64,000 nt of DNA from an uncultured delta proteobacterium. Lineage in GTDB: Bacteria > Myxococcota > UBA727 > VGSZ01. This document shows, piece after piece, positions 28,304-38,302 of this stretch (its first letter is position 1; each line of letters opens with the position of its first letter). The position numbers were made by a program, and so were the translations under genes. The DNA lies in assembly GCA_963775425.1 (NCBI GenBank), contig CAVZJB010000012.1, positions 192,001-256,000 on the forward strand. Reading direction: 5' to 3'. Below the pieces are notes generated by a model that saw nothing but the letters and a program-made list of their open reading frames with translations, made no database searches and was not told the origin of the DNA.

Positions 28304-28657
28304 ATGGATCACGTGAGCTTCTGGGACGCGCATACGTACGACTGGCTCATCCTCGTCGGGCTGGCGCTGTTCCCCCGCATCACGCTGCTGTTCGTGGGCG
28401 GCCCCGCCGGCCTCCTGCAGTGGGTCGGCTGGTTCATCTGCCCGCACCTGCTCGTCGCCATCCTGGCGACCACCCGCTACTGGGACACCGATCCGGTGCT
28501 GTGCGTGATCGCGTGGTTCTTCGCGTTCGCCGGGACCGGCGGCGAGAGCAAAGCCGTGCATTGGCGCGCGCGCCGCCGCTGGCCGCGCCGCCGGCGCGAC
28601 GATCGGCCCGACGACGCCCCGTGGACCCCGGGCGAGACGGCGGGCGCAGCGCGATGA
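28304..28657 (+). CDS. Small hypothetical membrane protein
   Basis: AGGAGA RBS; Trp/Phe-rich hydrophobic segments (LALFPRITLLF, WFICPHLLVAILAT); stop overlaps the next ATG. Confidence 0.7.
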   Translation: MDHVSFWDAHTYDWLILVGLALFPRITLLFVGGPAGLLQWVGWFICPHLLVAILATTRYWDTDPVLCVIAWFFAFAGTGGESKAVHWRARRRWPRRRRDDRPDDAPWTPGETAGAAR

Positions 28658-29598
28658 CGGACGTCGCGCGACAGAACGAGGCGCACCGGCGCGCGGACCC
28701 CTGGTACTTCGCCGTCGCGTTCGGCTTCTCCTGGTCGCTCGCCGTCGCGCTGTGGGTCGCGTCGCGCCACGGCCCGATCAACCCGCTCGCGCGCACGCTG
28801 ATGCTCACCGTGTACATGTTCGGCCCGGCGCTCGGCGCCGTGTTCGCGCAGCGCGCGCGGGGCGAGCGCGTGCTCCGTCCGCTCGGGGTCCGGTTCGCGC
28901 CGAACCGCTGGTGGCTCGTGGCCTGGCTCGCGCCGCTCGTCTACGCCGCCGTCGCCGGCGTGGTGAGCACGCTGATGCCGGGCGCGTCGCGCGCGCACGG
29001 CCTCGAGGGCCTCTTCGAGAAGCTCGCGCCCATGGTGCCGCCCGACCAGCTCGGGGCGGTGATGGACCGGATGAACGCGATACCGCACGGCGTGTACATC
29101 CTGCTCCTGGTCCTCGAGGCGCTCGTCGCCGGCGTGAGCGTCAACGCGCTCGCCGCGTTCGGCGAGGAGCTCGGCTGGCGCGGCTTCCTGCACAAGGAGC
29201 TGTCCGGCTTCTGGAGCCGGGCGCTCATCGTGGGTCTCGTCTGGGGCGTGTGGCACGCGCCGATCATCCTGCAGGGCCAGAACTACCCGCAGCACCCGCT
29301 CTGGGGCGTGCTCATGATGATCGCCTGGACGGTGCTGCTCGCGCCCTCGTTCGAGCTGGTGCGCGAGCGCGGACGTTCCGTGTGGGCGACGTCCATCCTG
29401 CACGGCAGCCTGAACGCGTCGGCGGGCTTCGCCTACCTCTTCGTGAGCGGGGGCACCGACCTCACCGTCGGCGTCACCGGCCTCGCGGGCATGCTCGTCC
29501 TCGTCGCCGTGAACCTCGCCATCTGGCTCTTCCGGCGCCGCGCGGCCACGAAGCCGGCCGCGCGCGCCCCATCGCAGGCGCAGCCCGCTCCCGGCTGA
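28654..29598 (+). CDS. CPBP (CAAX/Abi) intramembrane metalloprotease
   Basis: GEELGWRGFL, WGVWHAP, LHGSLN motifs. Confidence 0.93.
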   Translation: MTDVARQNEAHRRADPWYFAVAFGFSWSLAVALWVASRHGPINPLARTLMLTVYMFGPALGAVFAQRARGERVLRPLGVRFAPNRWWLVAWLAPLVYAAVAGVVSTLMPGASRAHGLEGLFEKLAPMVPPDQLGAVMDRMNAIPHGVYILLLVLEALVAGVSVNALAAFGEELGWRGFLHKELSGFWSRALIVGLVWGVWHAPIILQGQNYPQHPLWGVLMMIAWTVLLAPSFELVRERGRSVWATSILHGSLNASAGFAYLFVSGGTDLTVGVTGLAGMLVLVAVNLAIWLFRRRAATKPAARAPSQAQPAPG

Positions 29599-29625
29599 TC
29601 CGGCGCCGGCACCCGCCGGCGGCGC

Positions 29626-30063
29626 TCAGCGGGTGAACGTATCGGCGCCGGCGAGGATGGCGCTCCACAGCTTCTCGTGCTCCTCGGCGTCGGGGACGTC
29701 GCGCGCGAGGTGCCACTGCGTCATGAGCTTGTCGCCGTCGAGCTGGCCCGCCCACGACGCGACGCTGCCGGCGCTGCCGAAGTCCACGGTGAAGCCGACG
29801 ACGTCGCCGTGGACGAAGCCGACGGCGGGGAACCACGTCGACGGATCCACGCGGCCCACCGCCGAGCGGAACTTGCCCGTGAGCTTGCCGTCGACGACGC
29901 TGTCGACGCGCAGCTCCGAGCCGCGCTCGTTCTTCCACGTGCCGGTGAAGTCGATGGCCGGCGCGTCCGTGGCCGACGGCGCGGCCGGCGGCGGCGTGCG
30001 GTTGCACGCGCTCGACACGATGCTCAGGGAGAAGGCGGCGGCGGCGAGGATGAACATGCGCAT
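29626..30063 (-). CDS. Avidin/streptavidin-family lipoprotein
   Basis: Lipobox VSSAC; TGTWKNERGS, GKLTGKFRSAVG, GFTVDF, SVASWAGQ, TQWHL, WSAILAGADTFTR. Confidence 0.9.
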   Translation of the reverse strand: MRMFILAAAAFSLSIVSSACNRTPPPAAPSATDAPAIDFTGTWKNERGSELRVDSVVDGKLTGKFRSAVGRVDPSTWFPAVGFVHGDVVGFTVDFGSAGSVASWAGQLDGDKLMTQWHLARDVPDAEEHEKLWSAILAGADTFTR

Positions 30064-30126
30064 GCAGCCGCGATAGCGCCGATCGACGCCGTTGCCAACG
30101 CCGGCCCGCGCTTCGGCGCCGGCGGG

Positions 30127-30813
30127 TCACGCGCGGAGACGGTAGCCGATGCCGGGCTCCGTGATGAGGAACGCCGGCTGCGCCGGGTCGCGCTCGAGCT
30201 TCCTGCGCAGCTCGGCGACCTGGACGCGGACATAGTGCGTGTGCGTGACGGCGCCGGGGCCCCAGACCTGCTTCAAGATCTGCCCGTACGTCATCACCTT
30301 CCCGGCATTTCGGGCGAGCAGGGTGAGGACGTTGTACTCGGTGGGCGTGAGGTGGACCTCGCCGCCGTCGCGGGTGACCACGCGCTTGTCCATGTCGATG
30401 CGCACCCCCTCGACCTCGAGCACGAGCGACCGCGTCGAGCCCGTGAGGACGGTCCTGCGCAAAGCGGAACGGATCCGCGCGAGCAGCTCGCCGGTGCCGA
30501 ACGGTTTGGTGAGATAGTCGTCGGCCCCCGCGTCGAGCGCGTCGATCTTGTCCTCCTCGCGGCCGCGCGCGGAGATGACGATGATCGGCGCCTTCGACCA
30601 CTCCCGCAGCCTCTTCGTCACCTCGATGCCGTCGAGGTCGGGGAGGCCGAGGTCGAGCAGGACGACCTCGGGGTTGTGCGTGCGCGCAACCGTGAGCGCC
30701 TCGCTCGCCGTCACCGCCTCGAGCGTACGGAAGCCCTGAGCCGTCAACGACATGCGGAGGAAGAGCCGCATCTGCGGATCGTCTTCGACGATGAGCACCG
30801 AGGCCGCCGTCAT
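30127..30813 (-). CDS. kdpE: Response regulator KdpE
   Basis: LLDLGLPDLDG, ALDAGADDYLTKPF, HLTPTEY, ITEPGIGYRL; directly after kdpD. Confidence 0.95.
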   Translation of the reverse strand: MTAASVLIVEDDPQMRLFLRMSLTAQGFRTLEAVTASEALTVARTHNPEVVLLDLGLPDLDGIEVTKRLREWSKAPIIVISARGREEDKIDALDAGADDYLTKPFGTGELLARIRSALRRTVLTGSTRSLVLEVEGVRIDMDKRVVTRDGGEVHLTPTEYNVLTLLARNAGKVMTYGQILKQVWGPGAVTHTHYVRVQVAELRRKLERDPAQPAFLITEPGIGYRLRA

Positions 30814-33497
30814 GCGGGCGCCTTCGGCGGCGGGGGTGGCAGCGGCAAGCGGATCGAGAAGCGCGCGCCGCCCTCGGGGCGTGCCTCCGCGGTGATGGTT
30901 CCCCCGTGGGCCTCGACGATGCCGCGGCAGATGGCCAGGCCGAGGCCGACGCCGCCGGACGTGGTCTCCGGTCCGCGGACGAACTTCTCGAACACGTCCA
31001 CGCCCGGCGGCAGGCCGGGGCCGTCGTCGCTCACGGCGATCTCGAGGCCGTCGGCCGCGGCGCCGGCGTCCACGAGGACGCGGGTGCCCGGCGGCGTGTG
31101 CTTGGCGGCGTTGTCGAGGAGATTCACCAACACCTGCTCGAAGAGCACCGGATCGACGTGAAGCAGGGGCACGTCCGGCGCGAGGCGGGTCGCGACGGTG
31201 CGGGCGCCGAGCCGCGGGCGCACACGCGCGATCGCCGAGCCTACGACCTCCTCGACCGGTACCCACTCGCGCCTGAGCACCAGGGCGCCGGATTCCACCC
31301 GCGTCATGTCGAGGAGGCTCGAGACCAATCGCTCGAGATGGAACGCCTGATCCGCGACGGCGCCGAGCAGCGCCCGCCGATCGGCGTCCGAGAGCCTGGC
31401 TTCCTCATCGAGGAGCGTGGTGGTGGCGCCGGTGATCGCGCCGAGGGGCGTGCGCAGGTCGTGCGAGACCGCGCTGAGCAGCGAGCTGCGCATCTCTTCC
31501 GTGCGCCGCTTCAGCGCCGAGCGGCGCGCCTCCTCCTCAAGGCGCAACCGTTTGATCGCCGCGCCCGTCTGGCGCGCGAACGCGTCTGCGAGATCCCGTT
31601 GGGCCGGATCGAGAACGCTGTCATCGCCGCGGTCGCGCACGAGCACGACGAGCACGCCCTCGACCGACGACGGCGTGGTGAGCGGCAGCGCGAGCACGAG
31701 GCTGCCGGGGAGCGTGTCCGTCCCGCGGCCGGCGATGCGCCCGTTCTGCATCACCCACGCGACCACGCCACGCTCCGTCTTCTCGAGCGCGCCGATACCG
31801 ATGCTCGCCGCCACGCCGAGCGTCCCGGTCTCGTCGGGGAGCAGGACCGCGGTCTCCCGCTGGAAGACACCGGCGGCGTGCTCGGCGAGGCTCGTCGCCG
31901 CGGACAACGGATCCTGCGCCGCGGACGTCGCCCGCGCGAGCGTGAGCACGCTCTGCGTGCGCCGCTCCCGCACGTTGGCCTCGCTCTCCTGGTCCTTCAA
32001 CCGCGACGCCAGCGTGCTCACGAACGCTCCGACCACGAACATCATCCCGAACGTGAGAACGTGTCGCGTATCGGCGACCGTGAACGTGAAGAAGGGCGGT
32101 ACGAAGAAGAAGTCGAAGCCGCCTACCGCGAGCGCGGCGGCGACGAGGGACGCGACGCGCCCGAAGCGCACCGCGGAGAACGTGATCACGGCGAGATAGA
32201 TGAGGACGACGTCCGTCTCGGCGAGGCGGGAGAGGCCGATGAGCCATGCGATCACGGTCGCCGTGATGACGAGGAGCGCCGCGGCGAGGAGCTCGTGGGG
32301 CCGGACGGGTTGGCCTGCGCGACGCTCTGCGGCGCGCTCGCGAGCCAGCGGGACCTTCGCGGACACGACGCGAATGTCGACGTCGTGCGCACCGCGGATG
32401 AGCTGTTGCACGAGTGACCCGCGCCAGATGTCGCGCCACGAGAAGCGCGCGTGGGGGCGGCCCACGACGACCTGGGTGATGCTCTCGCCGTGCGCATAGT
32501 CGAGGATCGCCTCCGCGACGTTGGCGCCCGAGAGGCGAACGATGCGGGCGCCGAGGCGCTCGGCGAGCTTCAGGTTCTCCTCGAGCCGGTCGCGGTCGGC
32601 GTCGCGGAGCGGCGTGAGCGGCGACTCCACCCACGCCGCCAGCCACGGCGCGTCCGCCTCGTCGGACATCCGGCGGCCCGCGCGGATGACCTGCACCGAC
32701 GTCGGGGACGCTCCGACCAGCACCAGGATGCGCGGCGCTGTGGGCCAGGTGACACGGACCTCGTGCTCGTCGCGGAAAGCGCGGATGTCGTCGTCGATGC
32801 GCTCGGCGGTGCGGCGCAACGCGAGCTCGCGAAGACCGAGCAGGTTGCCGCGCCTGAAGAAGCTCTCGAGCGCCCGCTCGCCGGCTTCGCCGAGGTACAC
32901 TTTGCCGTCGCGCAGGCGCGCGAAGAGCTCGTCGAGCGGGATGTCGACGAGCTCGATCTCATCGGCGCGGTCGAGGATGGCGTCGGGTACGGTTTCGCGC
33001 ACGACGACGTGGGTGACGGCGGCGACGGCGTCGTTGAGGCTCTCCACGTGTTGGACGTTGAGCGTGGACCATACGTGGACGCCGGCGTCGAGCAGCTCGA
33101 GCACATCCTGCCACCGCTTGGCATGCCTGCTCCCGGGCGCGTTGGTGTGCGCGAGCTCGTCGACGAGCAACACCTGCGGCCGCCGCGATTTGGCGGCGTC
33201 CAGATCGAGCTCCGTCAGCTTGGTGCCCTTGTACTCCACCACGGCGCGCGGCAGGACCTCGATACCCTCCATCAGCAGCGCCGTCTCCTTGCGTCCGTGG
33301 GTCTCCACGAGCCCGACGACGACGTCGATGCCCTCGGCCTTGGCGCGCCGCGCGGCCTCGAGCATGGAGTAGGTCTTGCCGACGCCCGGGGCGTAGCCGA
33401 AGAAGACCTTCAGGTGCGCGCGCTCGGCGCGCGCGCCCTCCGCCTGCACGCGGCGCAGGAGGGCGTCGGGGTCGGGTCGGCTCTCGTCGGCGCTCAC
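30810..33497 (-). CDS. kdpD: Sensor kinase KdpD (full length)
   Basis: RPDPDALL, GYAPGVGKTYSML, DELAHTN, KRWQDV, Usp domain, 4 TM, GAF, SHDLRTPL, HATPase. Confidence 0.97.
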   Translation of the reverse strand: MSADESRPDPDALLRRVQAEGARAERAHLKVFFGYAPGVGKTYSMLEAARRAKAEGIDVVVGLVETHGRKETALLMEGIEVLPRAVVEYKGTKLTELDLDAAKSRRPQVLLVDELAHTNAPGSRHAKRWQDVLELLDAGVHVWSTLNVQHVESLNDAVAAVTHVVVRETVPDAILDRADEIELVDIPLDELFARLRDGKVYLGEAGERALESFFRRGNLLGLRELALRRTAERIDDDIRAFRDEHEVRVTWPTAPRILVLVGASPTSVQVIRAGRRMSDEADAPWLAAWVESPLTPLRDADRDRLEENLKLAERLGARIVRLSGANVAEAILDYAHGESITQVVVGRPHARFSWRDIWRGSLVQQLIRGAHDVDIRVVSAKVPLARERAAERRAGQPVRPHELLAAALLVITATVIAWLIGLSRLAETDVVLIYLAVITFSAVRFGRVASLVAAALAVGGFDFFFVPPFFTFTVADTRHVLTFGMMFVVGAFVSTLASRLKDQESEANVRERRTQSVLTLARATSAAQDPLSAATSLAEHAAGVFQRETAVLLPDETGTLGVAASIGIGALEKTERGVVAWVMQNGRIAGRGTDTLPGSLVLALPLTTPSSVEGVLVVLVRDRGDDSVLDPAQRDLADAFARQTGAAIKRLRLEEEARRSALKRRTEEMRSSLLSAVSHDLRTPLGAITGATTTLLDEEARLSDADRRALLGAVADQAFHLERLVSSLLDMTRVESGALVLRREWVPVEEVVGSAIARVRPRLGARTVATRLAPDVPLLHVDPVLFEQVLVNLLDNAAKHTPPGTRVLVDAGAAADGLEIAVSDDGPGLPPGVDVFEKFVRGPETTSGGVGLGLAICRGIVEAHGGTITAEARPEGGARFSIRLPLPPPPPKAPA

Positions 33498-34174
33498 GAC
33501 CCTCCGATCATATCCACGCCCGGGGTGGCGCCTTGGCCGGCGGGCGCGGTCGCCGCGGGAGCGCCGGACGCGGGCGGTGGGCCGAGCTTCTCGTCGAGCG
33601 CGAGGTTGAGCTCGAGCACGTTGACGCGGGGCTCGCCCCAGATGCCGAGGGTGCGCGCGCGCGTATGCTGATCGACGAGGACCTTGACCGTCGCATCGTC
33701 GATGCCGCGCACGTGCGCGACCCGCGGCACCTGGTAGAGCGCCGCGGCCGGCGTGATATCCGGGTCAAGGCCGCTCGACGACGCAGTGACGAGGTCGACC
33801 GGCACCTCTTCGCCGGCGGCGCGGCTGACGTGCGCGGCGGCGTCGGCGGCGGCGAGGGCGGCGACCCTCCCCTTCACGGCGTCCACGAGCGCGGGGTTGA
33901 GCGGCCCGACGTTTGTCCCCGACGACGACATGGCGTTGTACGGACCGGGCGACGTGGCGGACGGGCGGCCCCAGAAGTGGCCGGGGTTCGTGAAGCTCTG
34001 CCCGATGAGCGCGCTGCCCACGACCTCCCCGCTCTTGTTGCGCAGGAGGCTCCCGTCGGCGGTGTGCGAGAACGCCACCTGGCAGATGCCCGTGACGACG
34101 GCGGGGTACGCGAGCCCGCACAGAAGCGTAAACAGCGCGAGCAGGACGGCGGCGGGACGGAGAGCGGCGATCAT
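33494..34174 (-). CDS. kdpC: K+-transporting ATPase subunit C
   Basis: GSALIGQSF, FWGRPSAT, VTASSSGLDPDI, VNVLELNLALD. Confidence 0.97.
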   Translation of the reverse strand: MIAALRPAAVLLALFTLLCGLAYPAVVTGICQVAFSHTADGSLLRNKSGEVVGSALIGQSFTNPGHFWGRPSATSPGPYNAMSSSGTNVGPLNPALVDAVKGRVAALAAADAAAHVSRAAGEEVPVDLVTASSSGLDPDITPAAALYQVPRVAHVRGIDDATVKVLVDQHTRARTLGIWGEPRVNVLELNLALDEKLGPPPASGAPAATAPAGQGATPGVDMIGGS

Positions 34175-34229
34175 GATGGAACCTCCGGGGTCGGCGTCGT
34201 CGTCGAACGGGCGCCGCGGCGGGTCGGCG

Positions 34230-36305
34230 TCAAATCAAGTGAGCGGCGTCGAGGAGCACGTAGATGAGCTTGATGCACGGGAACGGGAGCACGACGCCGC
34301 CGAGTCCGTAGACGAGCAGGTTTCGCCGCAACATCTGCGACGCCGAGCCCGGGCGGACGCGGATGCCGCGCAGCGCGAGGGGGACGAGCGCCATGATGAT
34401 GAGCGCGTTGAAGATCACCGCGGACAGCACCGCCCCCGTCGGCGACGTCAGCCCCATGACATCGAGCGCGCGCAGCGCCGGGTACGTCGAGGCGAACGCC
34501 GCCGGGATGATGGCAAAGTACTTGGCGACGTCGTTGGCGATGGAAAAGGTGGTGAGCGCGCCGCGCGTGATGAGCATCTCCTTGCCGATGCGCACCACGT
34601 CGAGGAGCTTGGTGGGGTTGCTGTCGAGGTCGACCATGTTCCCCGCTTCCTTGGCCGCCTGCGTCCCGGTGTTCATCGCGACCGCGACGTCGGCCTGGGC
34701 GAGGGCCGGGGCGTCGTTGGTGCCGTCGCCGGTCATGGCCACGAGGTGTCCGCCCTCCTGGTATTCGCGGATGCGCGCCAGCTTCATCTCCGGCGTGGCC
34801 TCGGCGAGGAAGTCGTCGACGCCGGCCTCGGCGGCGATGGCGGCCGCGGTGAGGGGATTGTCGCCCGTGATCATCACGGTCTTGATGCCCAGGCTCCGCA
34901 TCTCGCCGAAGCGCTCCTTGATGCCGCCCTTGACGATGTCCTTCAGCTTGATGACGCCGAGGGCGCGGGAGCCCTCGACGACGACGAGCGGCGTAGCGCC
35001 CTCCTTGGCGACCTCGTCGGCGAGCGCGCGCACGGCGTCCGGCATCTTCGCGCCGAGCGACAGCAGATGGCGCTCGACCGCGTCGGCCGCGCCTTTGCGG
35101 AGCTTCCTGTTGTCGACGTCGACGCCGCTCATGCGCGTCTGCGCGGAAAAGGGGACGAAGTGCGCGTGCACGGCGCTCAGATCGCGCCCGCGGAGCCCGT
35201 GCTTCTCCTTGGCGAGCACGACGATGCTGCGGCCCTCCGGCGTCTCGTCCGCCAGGGACGAGAGCTGCGCGGCGTCGGCGAGCTCGGCCACGGTGGTGTG
35301 CGGCGCGGCGATGAAGTCCGTGGCCTGGCGGTTGCCGAGCGTGATCGTGCCGGTCTTGTCGAGCAGCAGCACGTCGACGTCGCCGGCGGCCTCCACGGCG
35401 CGGCCGGAGGTAGCGATCACGTTCGCCTGGATCATCCGGTCCATGCCGGCGATGCCGATGGCGGACAGGAGCCCGCCGATCGTGGTGGGGATGAGGCACA
35501 CGAGCAGCGCGACGAGGACCGTCATGGTCACCGGCGCAGCGCCCGGGATCTTCGACGCCGAGACGGCGTAATCGGACATGGGCCGCAGAGTGACGACGGC
35601 GAGCAGGAAGACGATGGTGAGTCCCGCGAGCAGGATGTCGAGCGCGATCTCGTTGGGCGTCTTCTTGCGCGACGCGCCCTCCACCATGGCGATCATCCTG
35701 TCGAGGAACGTCTCGCCCGGGTTCACCGTGATGCGCACGATGATCCAGTCGCTGAGCACGCGGGTGCCGCCGGTGACGGCGCAGCGGTCGCCGCCGCTCT
35801 CGCGGATCACCGGCGCGCTCTCGCCGGTGATGGCGCTCTCGTCCACCGACGCCACGCCCTCGATGACGTCGCCGTCGCCGGGGATCTGGTCGCCGGCCTC
35901 GACGAGGACGACGTCGCCCGCGCGCAGCTTGCCGGACGGAACGACCTCCTGCTGCGCGTCGCGCTTGGCCTCGGCGAGCCGCTTGGCGTTCACCTCCTTG
36001 CGCGCCTTGCGCAGCGTGTCGGCCTGCGCCTTGCCGCGGCCCTCCGCCATGGCCTCGGCGAAATTCGCGAACAACACGGTGATCCACAGCCACGCCGTGG
36101 TGGCGCCGATGAAGCCGGGGGACGCCTCTCCCTTGCCGGTCACGAGCGCGTGCAGCCACAGCATCGTGGTGAAGACGGACCCGACCTCGACGACGAACAT
36201 CACCGGGTTTCGCACCATGCGGCGCGGATCGAGCTTCCTGAACGCGTCGAGCGCCGCCGTCTTCACGATCGGTGGCTCGAACAGGGCCCTCTTGGACGCG
36301 GTCAT
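34230..36305 (-). CDS. kdpB: K+-transporting ATPase subunit B
   Basis: [39 protein letters not shown]. Confidence 0.98.
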   Translation of the reverse strand: MTASKRALFEPPIVKTAALDAFRKLDPRRMVRNPVMFVVEVGSVFTTMLWLHALVTGKGEASPGFIGATTAWLWITVLFANFAEAMAEGRGKAQADTLRKARKEVNAKRLAEAKRDAQQEVVPSGKLRAGDVVLVEAGDQIPGDGDVIEGVASVDESAITGESAPVIRESGGDRCAVTGGTRVLSDWIIVRITVNPGETFLDRMIAMVEGASRKKTPNEIALDILLAGLTIVFLLAVVTLRPMSDYAVSASKIPGAAPVTMTVLVALLVCLIPTTIGGLLSAIGIAGMDRMIQANVIATSGRAVEAAGDVDVLLLDKTGTITLGNRQATDFIAAPHTTVAELADAAQLSSLADETPEGRSIVVLAKEKHGLRGRDLSAVHAHFVPFSAQTRMSGVDVDNRKLRKGAADAVERHLLSLGAKMPDAVRALADEVAKEGATPLVVVEGSRALGVIKLKDIVKGGIKERFGEMRSLGIKTVMITGDNPLTAAAIAAEAGVDDFLAEATPEMKLARIREYQEGGHLVAMTGDGTNDAPALAQADVAVAMNTGTQAAKEAGNMVDLDSNPTKLLDVVRIGKEMLITRGALTTFSIANDVAKYFAIIPAAFASTYPALRALDVMGLTSPTGAVLSAVIFNALIIMALVPLALRGIRVRPGSASQMLRRNLLVYGLGGVVLPFPCIKLIYVLLDAAHLI

Positions 36306-38068
36306 GGCGTGCCTCCGAAGAGCATGAAGTGCTCCGCGAGCGGCCCGAGGGCGAGCGCGGGGACGAAGGTGAGAAGGCCGATGAGGATCACGGTCCCCGC
36401 GAGCAGCACGACGAACAGCGTGCGGTGCGTCGGCAGCGTCGCGGTCGACTCCGGGATGCTCCTCTTGGCCGCGAGCGATCCCGCGACGGCCAAGACCGCG
36501 ACGACAGGCAGGAAGCGGCAGATCCACATCGCCACCGCCTGGGTCAGCGCGAGGAACGGCCCGCTGGCGCTGAGCCCGGCGAACGCCGAGCCGTTGTTGC
36601 CCGAGGCGGAGGAGAACGCGTACAGGATCTCGGAGTAACCGTGCGCCGCGGGGTTCGCCATGCCGCCCACGGCGCCCGGCACCTCGAGCGCGACCGCGGT
36701 GCCCACGAGGATGAAGAGCGCCGGGACGAGCACGCCGACGGCCGCCCACTTCATCTCGTAGCTCTCGAGCTTCTTGCCGAGGTACTCGGGCGTGCGCCCC
36801 ACCATGAGGCCGGCGATGAACACGGCGATGATGGCGTAGAGCAGCATGCCGTACAGACCGCAGCCCACGCCCCCGAAGACGACCTCACCGAGCTGCATGA
36901 GCACGAGGGGGACGAGCCCGCCGAGCGGCGTGTAGGAGTCGTGCATGGAGTTCACCGAGCCGTTCGACGCCGCCGTGGTGTTCGCGCACCAGAGCGCGGA
37001 CTCGGTGATGCCGAAGCGCACCTCCTTGCCCTCCATGTTGCCGCCCGCCTGCAGCGCGCTCGCGTGCTGGTCGACGCCGGCGGTGGACAACAGCGGGTTG
37101 CCGCGCTGCTCGGCCGCGACGCAGAGCACGACGAGCGGCACGAGCAGGACCATCATGGTCGCGTAGAGGGCGATCGCCTGCCGCCGGTCTCTGATCATCC
37201 TGCCGAACGCGAACACGCACGCGCCGGGGATGAGGAGGATGGCGAGGCACTCGAGGAAGTTCGTGAACGGCGTGGGGTTCTCGTACGGGTGCGACGAGTT
37301 CACGTTGAAGAAGCCGCCGCCGTTGGTGCCGAGCTGCTTGATCGCCACCTGCGACGCCACGGGCCCGAGCGCCAACCGCTGATCCGCCGGCGCCCTCTCC
37401 GTGGCCGGAGGCCCACCGTCGACCGCCGTCGGCGCCTCGAGCGGGCGCGCCTGTGCCGCACCCGTGAACGTCTGTGGCATGCCGCGGGCACAGAGCACCA
37501 GCGCGAGCACGAACGACAGCGGCAGCAGCACGCGCAGCGTGACGCGCGTGAGGTCCACCCAGAAGTTGCCGAGACCGTCGGTGTTCTTGCGCGCGAAGCC
37601 GCGGGCGACGGCGTAGAGCACGGCGATGCCCACCGCGGCGGACACGAAGTTCTGCACCGTGAGCCCCGCCATCTGCGTAAGGAAGCTCATCGTGGTCTCG
37701 CCGCCGTACGCCTGCCAGTTCGTGTTGGTGGTGAAGCTGACGGCGGTGTTGAAGGCGAGCCCCGGCTCCACGGCGCCGAGCTTCAGCGGGTTGAGCGGGA
37801 GCGAGCCCTGCAGGCGCTCGAGCAGGTAGACGGCGAGTACGGAGAAGAGGCTGAAGACCATCACGGACTTCGCGTACTGCCGCCAGTCCATCTCCTCCTC
37901 CTCGCGCACGCCGGCGAGGCGGTAGAACAAACGCTCGAGGGGCCCGAACACGCGCGCGAGCACGCCCTCGTTCCCCGCCGCGCGGGCCATCAGCGCGCCG
38001 AGCGGGACCGCGAGCCCCGTGAGCACGGCAAAGTAGACGATGAGCTTGACGATGCCGATGCCTGTCAT
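36302..38068 (-). CDS. kdpA: K+-transporting ATPase subunit A
   Basis: [35 protein letters not shown]. Confidence 0.98.
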   Translation of the reverse strand: MTGIGIVKLIVYFAVLTGLAVPLGALMARAAGNEGVLARVFGPLERLFYRLAGVREEEEMDWRQYAKSVMVFSLFSVLAVYLLERLQGSLPLNPLKLGAVEPGLAFNTAVSFTTNTNWQAYGGETTMSFLTQMAGLTVQNFVSAAVGIAVLYAVARGFARKNTDGLGNFWVDLTRVTLRVLLPLSFVLALVLCARGMPQTFTGAAQARPLEAPTAVDGGPPATERAPADQRLALGPVASQVAIKQLGTNGGGFFNVNSSHPYENPTPFTNFLECLAILLIPGACVFAFGRMIRDRRQAIALYATMMVLLVPLVVLCVAAEQRGNPLLSTAGVDQHASALQAGGNMEGKEVRFGITESALWCANTTAASNGSVNSMHDSYTPLGGLVPLVLMQLGEVVFGGVGCGLYGMLLYAIIAVFIAGLMVGRTPEYLGKKLESYEMKWAAVGVLVPALFILVGTAVALEVPGAVGGMANPAAHGYSEILYAFSSASGNNGSAFAGLSASGPFLALTQAVAMWICRFLPVVAVLAVAGSLAAKRSIPESTATLPTHRTLFVVLLAGTVILIGLLTFVPALALGPLAEHFMLFGGTP

Positions 38069-38157
38069 TGCAGCTTCTCCGGAAAGAGCAGCGCCACGAG
38101 GAGGTAGCCGAAGAGGCCGAGCGACAGCAGGCCGGCCGTGATGAGAAGGGCGCTCAC
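38065..38157 (-). CDS. kdpF: KdpF (30 aa)
   Basis: GTG start; [29 protein letters not shown] has the YL..ALL.PEK signature; stop overlaps the kdpA ATG. Confidence 0.9.
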   Translation of the reverse strand: MSALLITAGLLSLGLFGYLLVALLFPEKLQ

Positions 38158-38285
38158 GGCGAGCCCCCGGCGGTCCGCGAGCCTCCGCCGCGCGCGCGTC
38201 CACGCATGTGGTTCGCGCCTTCGATCGAGAGGACGGTCAGCGCGAACAGCGCGGCGAGGAAGACGAGGGGGATCCAGTCGGGCAT
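38154..38285 (-). CDS. 43-aa single-TM peptide upstream of kdpF
   Basis: GGAGA RBS; MPDWIPLVFLAALFALTVLSIEGANHMRGRARGGGSRTAGGSP; TGA overlaps the kdpF GTG. Confidence 0.7.
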   Translation of the reverse strand: MPDWIPLVFLAALFALTVLSIEGANHMRGRARGGGSRTAGGSP

Positions 38286-38302
38286 GAGCGTCTCCGGTGC
38301 GG

